Below, piece after piece: positions 41,288 to 58,426 of a stretch of DNA of 64,000 bases (position 1 is the first letter of the stretch; every line of letters begins with the position of its first letter). Under the pieces are notes generated by a model, which saw only the letters and a list, made by a program, of their open reading frames with translations, searched no databases and had not been told where the DNA came from. Origin of the DNA: Eledone cirrhosa (Eukaryota); contig OZ024747.1 of the NCBI GenBank assembly GCA_964016885.1, forward strand, positions 21,452,001 to 21,516,000, read 5' to 3'. Position numbers and translations under genes: made by a program.

Positions 41288-41426
41288 GTATATGTGTGTA
41301 TATATATGTATGTATATATATATGTGTGTGTATATATATATGTGTGTGTATATATATGTGTGTATATATATGTATATATGTATATATATATATATGTGTG
41401 TATATATATATGTGTATATATGTATG

Positions 41427-41471
<45 letters not shown>

Positions 41472-41484
41472 ATATATATATATG

Positions 41485-41516
<32 letters not shown>

Positions 41517-41634
41517 TATGTATATGTGTGTATATATATATATATGTATATATATGTATATATGTGTGTATATATATATGTATATATATGTATATATATG
41601 TATATATATGTATATATATATATGTATATATATG

Positions 41635-41666
<32 letters not shown>

Positions 41667-41677
41667 AATATATATAC

Positions 41678-41712
<35 letters not shown>

Positions 41713-41828
41713 AATATATATACATATATACATATTTATGTATGTATATATGTATGTGTGTATATATATATTTATTTATATATGTGTGTATATATATATT
41801 TATTTATATATGTGTGTATGTGTATATA

Positions 41829-41900
<72 letters not shown>

Positions 41901-42164
41901 CACCATCATATGTGTGTGTGTGCTGGGAGATAAAGAGAGAGATAGAGAGGTCAGACAGTGAAAATGAAAGATATTAATTTTCCTCATACCTAGAATGGCT
42001 GAGTATGATTGTGTGGAAGTAGAGTCTTCCTGTTGATGACAAAAAACCTGTCTAGTTTCATGATAGCAGAGAAGTGTTATATTTCTCTGATAAGCTGGAA
42101 ATAATGCTTCATTTTCTTCATTTATCTATATTTTCTTCATTTATCTCTCTATTTCTTCCCTTTA

Positions 42165-42231
<67 letters not shown>

Positions 42232-42260
42232 ATAATATATATATGTATCTATATATATAT

Positions 42261-42313
<53 letters not shown>

Positions 42314-42956
42314 AATATATACTATAAAGTATGTCCATAGAATCATTTGATAAGATATATACTCCATTTCCTCTCCCAATTAGCATAATCAACCACACAA
42401 AAAAAAAACAATTAAACCAGGCTATAAGATTAGAAGGCACCTATGAAGAAATAGTAGATAAATAAACGACAGCCATATATTCGCGATCAACCGCTATAGA
42501 ATATTTACCCAACATTTCAATAGCACGTGGAAATCGATTAAATATACCGTCAACCATACACAATTAGGTATATAATTAAAGTTCGAAGAAAAAATGCATA
42601 TACACATACCAGGATTACGTTTCTACCCTTAGGGTTCTGTTCGCTTTCGGAAATATCCTATCAAGGATAAATTCTCGAGCTTCGAACTCATCAGGAAACA
42701 AACTCACTTGGACAAAGATTTTTCTTAAATGATCCCCGCCAGAAACGAATTCAAAAGGGCTAAGAACTGTGACGTGGCAGTGGTCAAGTCAGAAAGAATG
42801 TGATTGGTGCCTGACAGCAAGTGGGCTGGTTGCTAGAAAGCGCAACCCAATATTGCACAAATTGCATCTCAACCTTATGGGAGATTATCAAATATAAAGA
42901 TTTACATATACACAAACTAGACAAAGTCACAGATGTTTTGGCAACAATATATATAT

Positions 42957-43733
42957 AAGAAAAGAGTCAGGGCCCCAACAGCTGAGCTCTGGCCATTTCA
43001 ACAGCTAGATCCGAACTAAACCAGTAGTATTAGAACAGCAGGGACCTAGCTGAACTTATCAAAGGGTACAGGGGTACAGTCCATATATGGGCATGCAATC
43101 AAAACAAAGTAGAAGTATCAGATCTAACAATCCTAAAAATTGTTGTTTATCTTGTCTGTCACTGGGAGTGGTCAATGATTTGGGAATGTCATGTACAGAT
43201 AGATCATCGTGTCCCCTCAACAATAGATGCCTAGACCAAAACGAGGTCTAGCAGTGCAACGTGAGGACAGAAAACTCCAACAAGGCTTACATCAGATTAA
43301 CCATCTGCGATTTTAATACCCGGTATTACCAAAACCAACATACATTTAGAAACCCTGCCCGGCGACATGCGACAGCACTTTCTGGCTATTATATTCAATT
43401 TCCATTCTTCCTTAGGTTAACCCGAATATTTTCACTCTTGTTAAATATACATAGTACCAGGTGAACACATAGCCATGGTTTTGAGGGAAGGTGTATCATT
43501 ATAGAAGGTGTATCATTATGGTAAATTACTAAATTGAGGTGCCATTCCAGGAATTTAATTAGTGTTAACTTCTATATGCTTTGCTTATTTAGTTTAGTTC
43601 AGATCTAGCAGTCGAAACAGCTAGAGCTCAGCTGTCGGGGTCCTGACTCTTTTCCTATTACCCACTCTACTACCCTAAGTATCGAGTACTCTGGTGCATT
43701 ATGGTCCACCTGGTTCCTTACCACACTTTCTTT

Positions 43734-43737
<4 letters not shown>
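42957..43737 (+). mobile_element. Penelope-like element: inverted partial pLTR, GIY-YIG endonuclease remnant and 3' pLTR
   Basis: About 43190-43392 reads CTDRSSCPLNNRCLDQNEV*QCNV...KAYIRLT..DFNTRYYQNQHTFRNP..RHATALS, a PLE EN signature. 42957-43022 is the inverse of 43592-43657. Hammerhead 3' half GAAACAGCT-agagctc-AGCTGTC at about 43613-43636. Confidence 0.8.
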
Positions 43738-43827
<90 letters not shown>

Positions 43828-43954
43828 CATTCTCGCACACAATCTCACGCTATCTTTAAGTTTAACATTTATGAGCATTAATATCTATAAGCATGAATTC
43901 AAATATGTGTGTGTATTTGTGTGTGTGTTTGTGTGGGCATATTTGTGTATATAA

Positions 43955-43998
<44 letters not shown>

Positions 43999-44099
43999 AT
44001 GTATGTATATATGTATGTATATATGTATGTATGTATCTATCTATATATATATATGTGTATGTGTATATACGTATGTGTGTATATATATATATATATATG

Positions 44100-44140
<41 letters not shown>

Positions 44141-44777
44141 TTATATGTATGTATGTATGTATGTATATATATATATGTATGTATATGTATGTATGTATGT
44201 ATATGTATATATATGTATATATATATGTGTGTGCTTGTGTGTGTATGTGTATCATGATGATATATTCTTTTTATGGGTTGAATATGTATATATATATATA
44301 TGCTCAGGTTTTAACTACATATATATTATATCATCATTTTCTTCTATTTGATGTTTTCCATTTCCATAAAGCCTAATCCACAATGTAAGCCTTGCTTTGC
44401 ATCCAGCACTGGTCAATCTACTGTTGCTGTTAGTCCCTGTCTCTAGCTAAATCTGCAAAACCCCACTAAATCTAATATAGCATCTCACTAGATCATTACT
44501 AACCTGTGAAATGTATGGCTTTTACATTACTCTTCAAACATCACTAGGCTCTTTAGTTAGCTCTTTTGAGAATCAAGAAAGTAGCAAGTGATATATTTGG
44601 TCTTTATAAAACATATCCAAACTGGCACTTTGAATTTGAGCTATAACTCATTTTTTTATAGTTGAGTGGACTGGGGTAATGTGAAATACAGTGTCTTGCT
44701 CAAGGACACAACATACTGCCAAGAATCGAACTCATATGTAGGTATTTACTAATGTACCTATGTATATATGTACATAT

Positions 44778-44992
44778 ATGTGGCTGAGTGGTTAGAGTAT
44801 TCGATTCACAATCGTGAGGTTGTGAGTTCGATTCCTGAACCAGGCGATGCGTTATGTCCTTGAGCAAGACACTTTATTTCACGTTGCTCCTTCTACCTGG
44901 AGTTGCGACCGATAGATAGTATTAGCAATTGGAAAGACCAACGGAAACATAGTTTCCTCGGTCCGATTTGACGAAAGTCGATCGACTAGAAT
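44778..44992 (+). mobile_element. tRNA-derived SINE
   Basis: TGGCTGAGTGGTTAGAG A-box, GAGTTCGATTCC B-box, GTCCTTGAGCAAGACACTTT core. Confidence 0.8.
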
Positions 44993-45145
44993 ATATATAT
45001 ATATATTATAATAAGAAAATGTGAAGTAGTTTCAGATGTTAAAGTCCTTTATTAATAATGCTGTGATACATATTTCAATGACGACAGTGGCCACACGATT
45101 GAATTGCATGAATGTTTACCGTGTATATATATTATATATTATAAA

Positions 45146-45338
45146 GGGCGGTGAATTGGCAGTATCGGTAGAGGGTTGGACGCCATGCTTTGATGCATAG
45201 AGTTACGGTCCTCGCCATTCTGAGTTCAAATCCCGCCTAGGTTAACTTTGCCTTTCATCCTTACGGGGTCGATAAAATAAAGTACCAGTAATGCACTGGG
45301 ATAATTGCTGACCTTGTGCCAAAAATAGAAACAATTAT
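45146..45338 (+). mobile_element. Second tRNA-derived SINE family (about 190 bp)
   Basis: TGGCAGTATCGGTAG A-box, GAGTTCAAATCC B-box, GCCTTTCATCCTTACGGGGTCGATAAAA core. Copies at 19681-19772, 36765-36943(-), 50047-50162(-), 50167-50357(-), 57605-57797 and 57800-57988. Confidence 0.88.
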
Positions 45339-45347
45339 ATATATATA

Positions 45348-45520
45348 CAGTGAAATTCCGTTATAACAAAATACACGGGGGATAAAAACATTTGAAATAT
45401 TTATTATAATGAGACTGACCAAAACAAGTGTTAGTTTGTTATTACCTCGTGGATTGAAAATAATTTTGTTATACTGAAAAATTTTTTAGAATGGTGTTTG
45501 TTATAAAGGAATTTTCCCTG
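45348..45520. mobile_element. pogo/Tigger-like MITE
   Basis: TA-CAGTGAAATTCCGTTATAACAAA ... TTTGTTATAAAGGAATTTTCCCTG-TA imperfect TIRs. Confidence 0.75.
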
Positions 45521-47583
45521 TATATATATATATATCATCATCATCATATACACCCCAACCCACCTACTACCCCTATTCCATCCTTCCACTCCCACCAACA
45601 CTACCCTTTCTCTATAAAGTTATGTTGGTACCACAACATCCAGTCCAAACTAAAGAGGTAGGTGTCATGACAAAAAAACACATGGTCCACACTGTAATGT
45701 GGTCATGTAGGTAACACAGTAAAAAGCTCCCAGTCCACACTGTAATGTGGTCATGTAGGTAACACAGTAAAAAGCTCCCAGTCCGCACTGTAAATGTGGT
45801 TGGTGTTAGGAAGGGCATTCAGCCATAGAAAATCTGCCAGATAGTCCTAAATGAGTGAGACACAGCCACCCAATCAATCTTGCCTCAAGTGAGACAATTC
45901 CCGTCTAACCCATGCTTGTGTGGAAGATAGACATTAAACGATAATGATGATGATATATATATATATATGAAATTAGATGTAACAAACACCAATAAGATTG
46001 GAAAGCAGAAGAAAGAGCTAACTGGCACAATCTGAATGTATGTATTGATTGTTAGATGACCATACAACTAATTATATGACTAAGTGCTTGCCATACCCTT
46101 TTCTCAAATTAAGTATTTTAAATTTTTATCAGCTATTTAAATGAACTGTTCAATTTACACAAGTATCTCACTTGCTTCTTAAATAAATCAACAGCCACTT
46201 AGAGCTAGAAGGTCAGATTATGCTACCAAAGTCCAATGTAGTGATTTGACATTTGCAATGATACTTTGACTGAAGGATATGAATAAATTATAGATATAGC
46301 TATAGCAATAATTATATTAGGTGTCATGACAACAAAGTACAGATGAACCCTTAGAAAGTCTGGGTCTATCCAATCCAATCCAGGGCTTTCTCACTCCTGT
46401 TGGAGGAAATCCTTCCTGATTGAACTCCACTGCTTTTGGTTTGGGTTATGTCTCCAGGGTTGTAGTTTTACTCACTATGCTTGGCCAATTGCAGGTTTGT
46501 GAGGCTATTTAACCCATAGCTGAGGTGAATGGCCACTGACTCTGAGAGGTTCATCTGACTGTTAACAGCTCTTCCTTTTTTGTGCTGTTGGGGTTCCACG
46601 TACCTTCCTCACCAGACCAGACTTTGATGGGGGACCTGGTTTAGTTTCTGACCACTAAACCATGAAGCAGGTTCTACTGGGTTACATGATACCAGTAGCA
46701 GGCATGTGCAAGAGAGATGATTGTGCTGGTATGGACATGTGATGAGTATGGATGATAATTGCTAAGTAAATTGCCAGGAGATGCTAATTGAAGAAAGGTG
46801 AAGTAGAGAATGACTGAGAAAGACTTGGGCAGAAAAGGTAAGAGCAGATTACAAAATAATAAAACTTCAGAGATGATGATGAAGAAATGCAATGAGTAGC
46901 CACAGGCTGTACTGGAGAAGACCTATACAACCAATTCAAACATGGAAAAATGGAAATAAATTGATGATAAAGATGATGATGATCATCATCATTATCAACA
47001 TAATCATCATAAGCAGAAATAAAAAAAAAAGATGAGGACAACATTGGCAAGAGTCAAATGATGTATAAAATATCTGTCACATGTCAGGTATGCAGCAAAG
47101 TATGTATCAAATATGAAGGCCTATTATCAAAGAGAGTCCTTGACTGGCACTGCCACCTTCTTACCTCCTACGTTTAAATGATGCACGCTCAAATTTAGAA
47201 AATAGAGTTTATAAAGGGCATCTTAAAAAATACATTTCTTGCAAAAGAGTTCCCATCCAGAATGTTCTGATGCCCCACTACCACCCCACAATACCCCTAA
47301 CCCTAGCATCAGGCCTACAAAATATGCTTCAAATATCTATAACTTACAGTGCACAGCAAAGTGTATAAGTCCAAACCTGGACTGCAAGGATATATGAACA
47401 AGAATATCATTCCACAGACAAACATAGACAATCCTTTAGAAACACTGACTTTTCTCATGTTTGCTCTTGACTTTATAAATCATCAGCCGGTCTTAAACAT
47501 TATCTTAAAGCACATGGACATTTTTGACAGTGATCAATGAACAATAATGGGATGGTTAGCATCCTAGAAGATGAAGCAATCAT

Positions 47584-48084
<501 letters not shown>

Positions 48085-48110
48085 ATATATATATATATAT
48101 ATATATATAT

Positions 48111-48470
48111 TGGTAAATGGAATAGAAAATGCTGACAAATTGTTCACAGTTGAAAAATGGTTTAATTAAGAATAAAAGAGTATTAGTGATTGTATGGGTT
48201 AGTATTCAGTTGTGGTTTTAAGTTTTTAAGTTTTTACCGGTTGTGCATTTCTAAATGCTTTTCAAAAATAATTTTGAGATAGAGTGTCCGTGCTGTTTGC
48301 TCTGATCTGATTAGTTTTGGGAATTCTACCTGTTTTTATGTTTAAAAAGTGGCTCCAGCGTTACTTTGGTGTTGCAAAAATTCTTGTGGTCAAAACAATT
48401 TTGATTGGTCGGTAGAGGTCATGTGAATGTAAAAAATTGATTTTGCGCCAAGACTGTTTTTATGTTAAAA
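48111..48470 (-). mobile_element. PLE-like pLTR fragment with degenerate U3:A8 hammerhead
   Basis: Minus strand 48231-48268: TTT-TTGAAAA-GCATTtagaAATGC-ACAACCGGTA-AAA (GAAA mutated). Confidence 0.5.
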
Positions 48471-48485
48471 TATATATATATATTT

Positions 48486-49307
48486 GGTTGTACGATGCCT
48501 GCATACGAACAGCAATGCTGCATGGCAGTGAGACCTGGGCATTGTGTGCAGAGGATATACGCAGACTAGAGAGGAACGAAGCTTGCATGCTCCGCTGGAT
48601 GTGTAACAGTAATATACGTGAACGGCAAAGCATAAACGAACTAAGGAATAAATTAGAGATAAGAGGGATCAGATGTTGTTTACTCGAGAGAAGGCTACGT
48701 TGGTATGGACACGTGATGCGCATGAAAGTCGATAGCTGTATAACAAAGTGCAGGGCAATAAAGATAGACGGTAGTCACGGAATAGGCAGACCTAGAAAAA
48801 CCTGGGACGAGCTGATAAACTCCGACATCACACACTTACACCTCTCCAAGACAATGTCACTGGACCGAGACCTTTGGCGGTACTCAGTAACAGAGAAGAC
48901 CCGCCTTACCTAAATATATAGTAAAACCTACTCCAGCCAGTAGGCATCTCTAACAAAATACACCCCGTCCCACCACCCCCACCCCCACCCGATCCACACC
49001 ACCCCGTTCTATGTAAAGTTATGTTGGTGCCGCGCCATCGAGGCCGAAACAAATGAGATCGTGTAGGTGTCACGACAAAAAACACACAGTCCACGCTGTA
49101 ATGTGGCCGTGTAGGCAACACGGTAAAAACCTCCCAGACCCACACTGTAAATGTGGTTGGTGTTAGGAAGGGCATCCAACTGTAGAAAACCTGCCAGACA
49201 GTCCTATGCGAGCAAGACAATCACTCTTGCCTCAAGTGGGACTACCCCCGTCCAAACCCATGCAAGCGTGGAACACGGACGTTAAACGTTGATGATGATG
49301 ATGATGA

Positions 49308-49310
<3 letters not shown>
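48486..49310 (+). mobile_element. 5'-truncated RTE LINE (family A)
   Basis: LYDACIRTAMLHGSETW...GRPRKTW...EKTRLT*, nearly identical to the 39797-40939 protein; (GAT)n tail. Confidence 0.93.
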
Positions 49311-49348
<38 letters not shown>

Positions 49349-50784
49349 GATGATTGCTTCATCTTCTAGGATGCTAACCATCCCATTATTGTTCATTATA
49401 TATATATATATATATATATAACTTTTGTTTTCATTGTTCCACACACACACACACACAATTTATATATATATATATATAAATTTTCCTTCTGGTGAATGAC
49501 TTCGGACACCTCTGTTGGGGTCACCTGTCTTCGTGAAATCTTGGGTAATGCAATAATTATATTGTGTTGTTTATTACATAATATATATATATAATATATA
49601 TAATATATATATATAATATCTGAATTTGTTTAGCAAGATTCTTTATCTGAAAACGTGTGTTGAAACCGATGTTGTTATGCTTTGGGAGGGTCATGTTGCC
49701 AATAAGAAACACACGCACCAGTTGCTTTCACTTCAATTTATTATAAATTAAATTTATAAATTTCCGGTTGGTTGGTTCCACAACCAGACGATTGTTCATA
49801 TATTGTCAAAGTTCTTTTGTCACACATTCTGTGACCTCTTCAGTGACTGGGGATTCTTTTCTTTGTTTTTGTGCCTCTCCTTTGTTCTGTCCTACGCCAA
49901 CAATATATATACACCAACATATATATATATATGTATATATATATATACATACACATACATGCACCCACATATATATAATGATGGAGCAATAATGCTGCCA
50001 TTAACATCAATATCAACAAACACTACTTCTTACACTATTCACATTATAATAGTTTCTACTTTTGGCACAAGGCCAGCAATTATCCCAGTGTATTACTGGT
50101 ACGTTATCTTATCGACCCAGTAAGGATAAAAGGCAAAGTTAACCTCGGCAGGATTTGAACTCATTATAATTGTTTCTACTTTAGGCACAAGGCCAGCAAT
50201 TACCCAGTGCATTACTGGTACTTTATTTTATCGACCCCGTAAGGATGAAAGGCAAAGTCAACCTCGGCGGGATTTGAACTCAGATCGTAAAGGGACGTAA
50301 CTATGCTGGAAAGCATGGCATCCGACCCTCTACTGATACTGCCAATCCACCGCCCTTCATAATAAGCAGTACAACATAAGCAGTACAACATAAGCAGTAC
50401 AACAACAACTACAACAACAACAATACACCTATTGTGGAACAATTATTATGCTTATATCACAAGAAATAACTTGACAGGAAAAACTTGCATTTTTGAAATC
50501 AGCACATATAATGAAATGCTTAATTATATTTGTGTGTCGAGTGAAGTGGGGGTGGAATAAAAGGGTGGGTGTTGGTGTGGTGTAGTAGGGTGCATCAGAG
50601 AATATAGAGAATGGAATTATAGCTTAGTATAAATAATTTACCACTAGAAAATAATTGCCAGCAGCAAAAGTAAACATTATGTGTGAAAGTCTGTGTGTAT
50701 TTGTATGTGTGTGTCTTTGTGTATGTGTGCATTTGTGTGTCTTTCAGTATGTGTGCATTTGTGTGGTCTCTGTCTGTTTGTCTC

Positions 50785-50868
<84 letters not shown>

Positions 50869-50933
50869 TGTAAATATAAATATAATATATAAATGAATAT
50901 TTTTTTGTATGTATAAATGTGTGTGTGTATATG

Positions 50934-51205
<272 letters not shown>

Positions 51206-51212
51206 CATATAC

Positions 51213-51347
<135 letters not shown>

Positions 51348-51348
51348 C

Positions 51349-51403
<55 letters not shown>

Positions 51404-51426
51404 CATATATATATATATATATATTT

Positions 51427-51493
<67 letters not shown>

Positions 51494-51662
51494 TATATAA
51501 AGAGAGAGAGAGAGGGGGGGGGTATATATACATATGTATGTGAGGGAGCAGTGTAGATAAATAGATATAGATGTATAATATAGATTTATATCATCATCAT
51601 CGTTTAACGTCTATCTTCCACGCTAGCATGGGTTATATGTGTATATATAAATATATATGTGA

Positions 51663-51704
<42 letters not shown>

Positions 51705-51879
51705 GGGGGGTGGAGAGAGAGAACTAGATAGATAGATAGATGAGTGGGTGTATAAATACATATAGACATATTGTTTAGAATGTATGCACTTGTTTAGCTA
51801 ATAATTTTGTTCTTCAGTTCATTTCAACTATCACTGTGAATGCCAGTTTGGAGCATATATACAGGTATGTGTATAAATG

Positions 51880-52458
<579 letters not shown>

Positions 52459-53099
52459 TCAGCACTGTTTAACGTTCATTTTCCACACAAGTATGGGTTA
52501 GACGAGTTGTCCCTTTATGGGACAAGCCAGGCCAGATGACCATGTCTTGCTCCTTGCTCATACAGAACTGTTTCTGGCATCGTTTCTCTGGCTGAATGCC
52601 TTTTCTAATGCCAACTACATTACAGTGTGTACTGAGTGCTGTTTGTTATGACACCTACATGACCAATCTACAGTGTGGGCTGGGCACTTTTTGTCTGTCT
52701 GTCTGTATGTATCTATGTATGTGTGTGTATGTTTGTATGTATGTATGTATGCATGCATATATGTATGTATATCTGGTTCTGTTTGTTTTTTTTAACAGAG
52801 AGAGACCCAATTTCTACCCAGAAACTTGGCTCTTTTATTAGAATTTAGACTACATCAACTAGTTAGTTATATGTACCTGTCTACATGAGACATACATGGT
52901 TTTATTCATCATAGATGCCACTGACCCCTTTTTCCAGTCTCTAACAGTAATTTACCCAAATTTCTTAACTATCATCTATAGTGACCAACTCCTATTAGAT
53001 ATATATTTTACATTTGGGGTTTCTTACTCCTGATGAGCTAACCACATTTTCAGGCACCAAACTAAGTACTTCCAAGTCTTTGCACATACATACATACAC

Positions 53100-53270
53100 G
53101 ATGATGATATTGGAATCATCTTTAGATCCCAGAGGAGTTACTGAGGATGTTGGCGGGCCGAAGACTTTACGTATCAATGTGTAAAATGAATTTGAATCTT
53201 TGGTGTTAAAAGCCTGTTGGATTTCCAAAGAGATATTTACTCCACCACTCATTTTGCATCCTGAGCAGTT
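53100..53270 (-). pseudogene. Internal RTE/BovB-like ORF fragment
   Basis: EIQQAFNTKDSNSFYTLIRKVFGPPTSSVTPLGSKD resembles the EN-RT linker of RTE ORFs; flanked by (CATA)n. Confidence 0.55.
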
Positions 53271-54881
53271 TGTGCATACATACATATATATAATGTGCAT
53301 ACATACATGCATACTTACACACATAGATACATACACACATACATATATGCCACATATACATACATGATGGCTGCAAACTCTGTTAAGAGTACTGCAATTG
53401 CTTTTCAGATTATAGAATTTGGTGCACTTTTAGGCTAGGGCCAATTACACAAACCTGTAACATATCCTGAACAATGCCTGCGCTTTAAAGGTTTTTTAAG
53501 TGGGGAAAGGCCTTGCACTCGACCAATCCCACTCTCTGAACATCGAAAACACTACCCGAAAAGGAGTACATACATATGTATATACATACATAAATACATG
53601 GTGGCTGCCAACTCGTTTTCGAGTATGGCCACTCCTTTATATCCATGTAGGAGAACCCCTACCGATGCCTTGAACTTTTTAGTCCAGCCAGCGACTTGAA
53701 AATTCTGGTACAAACACTACCTTGTGACAATTATTGACACATAGTGCTGGGCCCATGGTACCATGTGACGACAAGTGCAGAGAGATCTCCAGATATAAAG
53801 CAATGCCTGTACCGTGAAGCTTTTATCGTGAGCAAAGGCACTGCACAAAGCCACTGCACATAAATACATACATACATACATACATACATACACACATATA
53901 CGCCATATATACACACGTACGCATGATTGTGAATATGCATATTCATATATATTTATAAATTCATGAAGTTTGTCATTCTTTATCTTTTGTTTAGACAAGT
54001 TTACATTTGAAAATACTTTTCATTCAATACAGCAATTAATTAGTGCTAAAAATCTAAGATAGGTTAAAGATTCATATCAAGTGCCAGAAGTTGTAAAGTT
54101 TACAAGGACTTGTAAACATACCACCTAAGTTTACTATATCTGACCTATTTATTTTTAATTTTATCTTTTCATTTTGCATATTAAATGTTTTATGTATCAT
54201 ATTTTCCTTATGTTTCTATGGAAGATAACATAGAACTTTACACTTAAATTATGGCCAATCCCTCTGAGCATAGTCACAGTTTAATTAGAAAGCCTGTGAA
54301 AATCCTGAATATCATGAGAGCTCTTCATATGCTATCAGCCAGTTATCATTTCAGAACTATTGAAAACATTGGGCTATGTAAAATACAATAAAATGTAAAC
54401 TTGATTCAATCATATGTAACCACGGGCCTTCTACTGGATTGATTTTACTCCTGTTATGTCTCTTTGTGTCTCTTCCACACAACAACACCAAAGTTGTACA
54501 AGCATTAAATATTGCCTATAGCAGCTTAAGAAAAATCACCCAATATCATCTACTTGGCTGCAAGGTAAGTTAAAGGAAAGCAAAAGATATCTTTGAACAA
54601 GTCAATACATCTCACAAATTGCTGCTTGTCTTTCTAGCCTCTTGCTAAGTGGATCTTTTCTAACTTTTCAGAATCTTCAACCTACCACTTCTCAGGCAGG
54701 ATAGAGAATTTAGTAAGTTGCACTCTTAGAACAGAGCTTCCATTACAGTTTTGGAATTGGAGGGGCTTAAGTATATATACTGTACATGTGTATTATTACC
54801 AGATGACCAGTTTCAATGCTACAGTTGTAAAAAAAAAAACTTAAAGTTACATGGAGGATTGAAGCTGCACTTGATAATTCA

Positions 54882-54914
<33 letters not shown>

Positions 54915-55752
54915 AAAGATTAAATGGAGTCAATGTTGAAATAAGACATTGCTGCAGTATTTGCAGTCAGTTCTTCAAATGTCTTTCCTGACTCAAAAGT
55001 CATTTAAGATCACATACTCGGAAAGAACAATGATAGGTATAAAAAGCAGTCAAGCTCTGCAAAGAGGAGACTACCACCATATATATGTACATTAGCACAT
55101 GATCGTAAGGTTTTGAGTTCAATTTCTGGCAGCCTGTTGTATCCTTTATTTCACATTGCTCCAATCCATGAGTTGTAATTGTCACATACTATATGACACT
55201 GAATCTTACTGAGAACTAAGTTAAGGTTTCATATGTTATCTATGGAATGTACAACCACATGCATATTGATTTCACAAACAGGCTATTCATTGATCAAATC
55301 ATCAGAAATGATAGGGGTTCAACGCACACACATATAAAATCATGCAAACGAGAAGAAAAGTGAAAACTCCAGATATAATGTAAACATTTGTGACAATTAT
55401 GAAGAACATTATTCTAAATTATATATTTGGGATATTCAGTATTTATTGAAACCATTCAAGCTGGTTATTTTATCTAACACATGTTTCAAGAATAAATACT
55501 TGCAGAAAAGAAAATTGGTGAAAAACTCGCTCAAGCTTTATTATTAATATATGGAGATGTGTATCTATATTAGGATCCAAGCATTGCTTTTGTTTTTATT
55601 TTATTTTTTGTGGGGTGGAGGGGTTGTTTTCCTGATTGTGGAATCACATTAAGCTTCAAATTTTGTTGGTATAACTTTCCCCCACTAGAACTTTTCCCTT
55701 TATAAATATATATGTATATGTTTATATTTATTTGTGTATATATGTGTGTGTA

Positions 55753-55797
<45 letters not shown>

Positions 55798-57316
55798 CTC
55801 TCTCTCATTACTCTTCATTTCTTATAGATTCCCTATTTCATTTTCAGTCTTTCTCTCACTTCCTTGATTCCTCCTCTTGATACATACTCACACATACACG
55901 TACACACCCTCATACACACCCTCACACACACACCCTCACACACACGTACACACCCTCAAACCAATGTACACGCCCTCACACACACGTACACACCCTCATA
56001 CGCATGTACACACTCTCATACACATGTACCTCCACTCACATTATGAAAATCATAACAAAAACCCTTGTAATATGTCTTAAACACACCCTTCTTCAAGCAG
56101 ATACTCACCCATCTTCCCACACATGAAGACACAGATTATAGATGTGCATATGTCAAGTTATATATGCATGTGTTTGTGTGTGTATCGATGTGGTTACATG
56201 AATAAACAATGGTGAAATTGTACAGATGTAGTAACTCAGAATGATGATGATCATGATCATGATCATAATAACAATAATAATAATAATAATAATAATAATA
56301 AGCAAAATGAAAACTGAGAAGAAGAGTGAATAATGGAGGGAAGTACCAGCTATGTGTTGCGCTGGTGTGCATAGTTTTGAGATGATGGAAGGCGTTGGTA
56401 CATTTACTGCATGCCCAGTATTAACAAGTGGTCACTTCCTATAGTAGAAAACACCCAATAGTTACTCCATATCTCTTTCACTCTATTTCTCAGCCACAAT
56501 TATTACCAGCACCACAAGCAGCCTCTTGACTAGCCACCCCCACCACCACCATCATCATCATCGTCATCATCTTCATCACCAACACTCTATAGTTGCTTCA
56601 TGTTTTTTTTTTCTCTCTATTTCTCAGCCACAATACCCACCACCACTTAACATCAACAAGTCAGCTCTGTTGACCAGTATTTTTACCATATATCTGTATC
56701 GGAATGATGACAGGAACTACCACCAATAGATTCAAGTTGGATTAGTTGGATTAACCTCGGCTTTATACCACCAGATCAACTACTGTCAGCTGTTTGAGAT
56801 GGATGGACACAGTCAACTACCAATGGTCATACCATGTTTATGGTAAGTACATATGTATTTATTTATTTATCTGTTTATATAATCAGTTTGAATGTCGCTA
56901 TAAAACTGGTAAACCATGAAAGACGATGAAAGGTTTCTAATAACCCTTTTAATTGAGAAACAAAAACAAGATAAAGGGGAGACTACGAATAATTTCATAG
57001 TCTCCAAATACTGGAAGATCTTGTTTATAGTTGGTATGGTAGATCTTTCACAATATATTTTGTAAAGACCAGCTTCAAGATACCGTCACTCACAGACATG
57101 GACATATATATAACTTTTTCATCTACATTTGTGTAATTCGCCTAAAGACATAACTTGTCCTGCCTTTGTCTCTAATTGTTTTGTTATGTCCCAATGTGTA
57201 TTGGAATGAATAGTATCAACCTTCATGAACTGAAACTGTAGTGATTTCCAGAGGTTGACTGAGGAGATGAGACTGACTGTCTTTTTGTTGTCATTGTTCT
57301 GTGTATCACCTATTTT

Positions 57317-57358
<42 letters not shown>

Positions 57359-57442
57359 TATATACGAAATTTCAATACATATCTGTATACAGCTATGCAT
57401 GAAGTTAACTCCTAATTCTAATATATATATATATATATATAC

Positions 57443-57519
<77 letters not shown>

Positions 57520-58386
57520 GCTTCAGCTATTGGCTTCTAATATATTATATCATTGCTCTTTCTCTTCTACTCTTATGATATGTCTTTCCTTCATTATTTA
57601 TCCAGGCGGTGGATTGGCAGTATTGGTAGAGGGTCGGACGCCATGCTTTGACGCATAGAGTTACGGCCCTTGCCATTCTGAGTTCAAATCCCGCCGAGGT
57701 TGACTTTGCCTTTCGTCCTTACGGGGTCGATAAAATAAAGTATCAGTAATACACTGGGTAATTGCTGGCCTTGTACCTAACGTAAAAACAATTATTTATA
57801 GTGGATTGGCAGTATCAGTAGAGGGTCGGACGCCATGCTTTCCAGCATAGTTACGTCCCTTTACGATCTGAGTTCAAATCCCGCCGAGGTTGACTTTGCC
57901 TTTCATCCTTACGGGGTCGATAAAATAAAGTACCAGTAATGCACTGGGTAATTGCTGGCCTTGTGCCTAAAGTAGAAACAATTATTTATATGTGTATATA
58001 TACAGAGAGAGAGAAAGATGATTTTGAAGGATGTTGGATTTTTACTATGTCTTGGGCAGTATGAGTCTAGTAACTGGGGTTGAATGTAAGTTTATTGACT
58101 ACATTTACTTGAATTTGTGGATACCTTTAGATTGATGTAGATTTGTATATACTACAGTTAAAGCAATTAATAGTCTTATATACATATATATACATACACA
58201 CAAGTTTAAATAATATATAAAAAAGGTATATATCAATTTAGAAACTATTAGTATTTTGTACATATATGCAGAGCAAATAATAAGTAAGTAAATATACTTA
58301 CTTTGAGATGGTAACAAGCATAATCGTTTAAACTCGTATAATGATCATGGAACGTTTTTTATTGAGAAACATAATCAATATATATT

Positions 58387-58426
<40 letters not shown>

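Noticed and set aside
44778-45240. tRNA genes
   Set aside because: A/B boxes continue into SINE cores found in multiple copies; no complete cloverleaf is evident.
54420-57320. Candidate exons (GTAAGT at about 54565, 54713 and 56843; TTTTCAG at 54670; minus-strand stretch 57120-57310)
   Set aside because: Splice-like signals alone are expected by chance and no recognisable protein results. A host gene or lncRNA here cannot be excluded.
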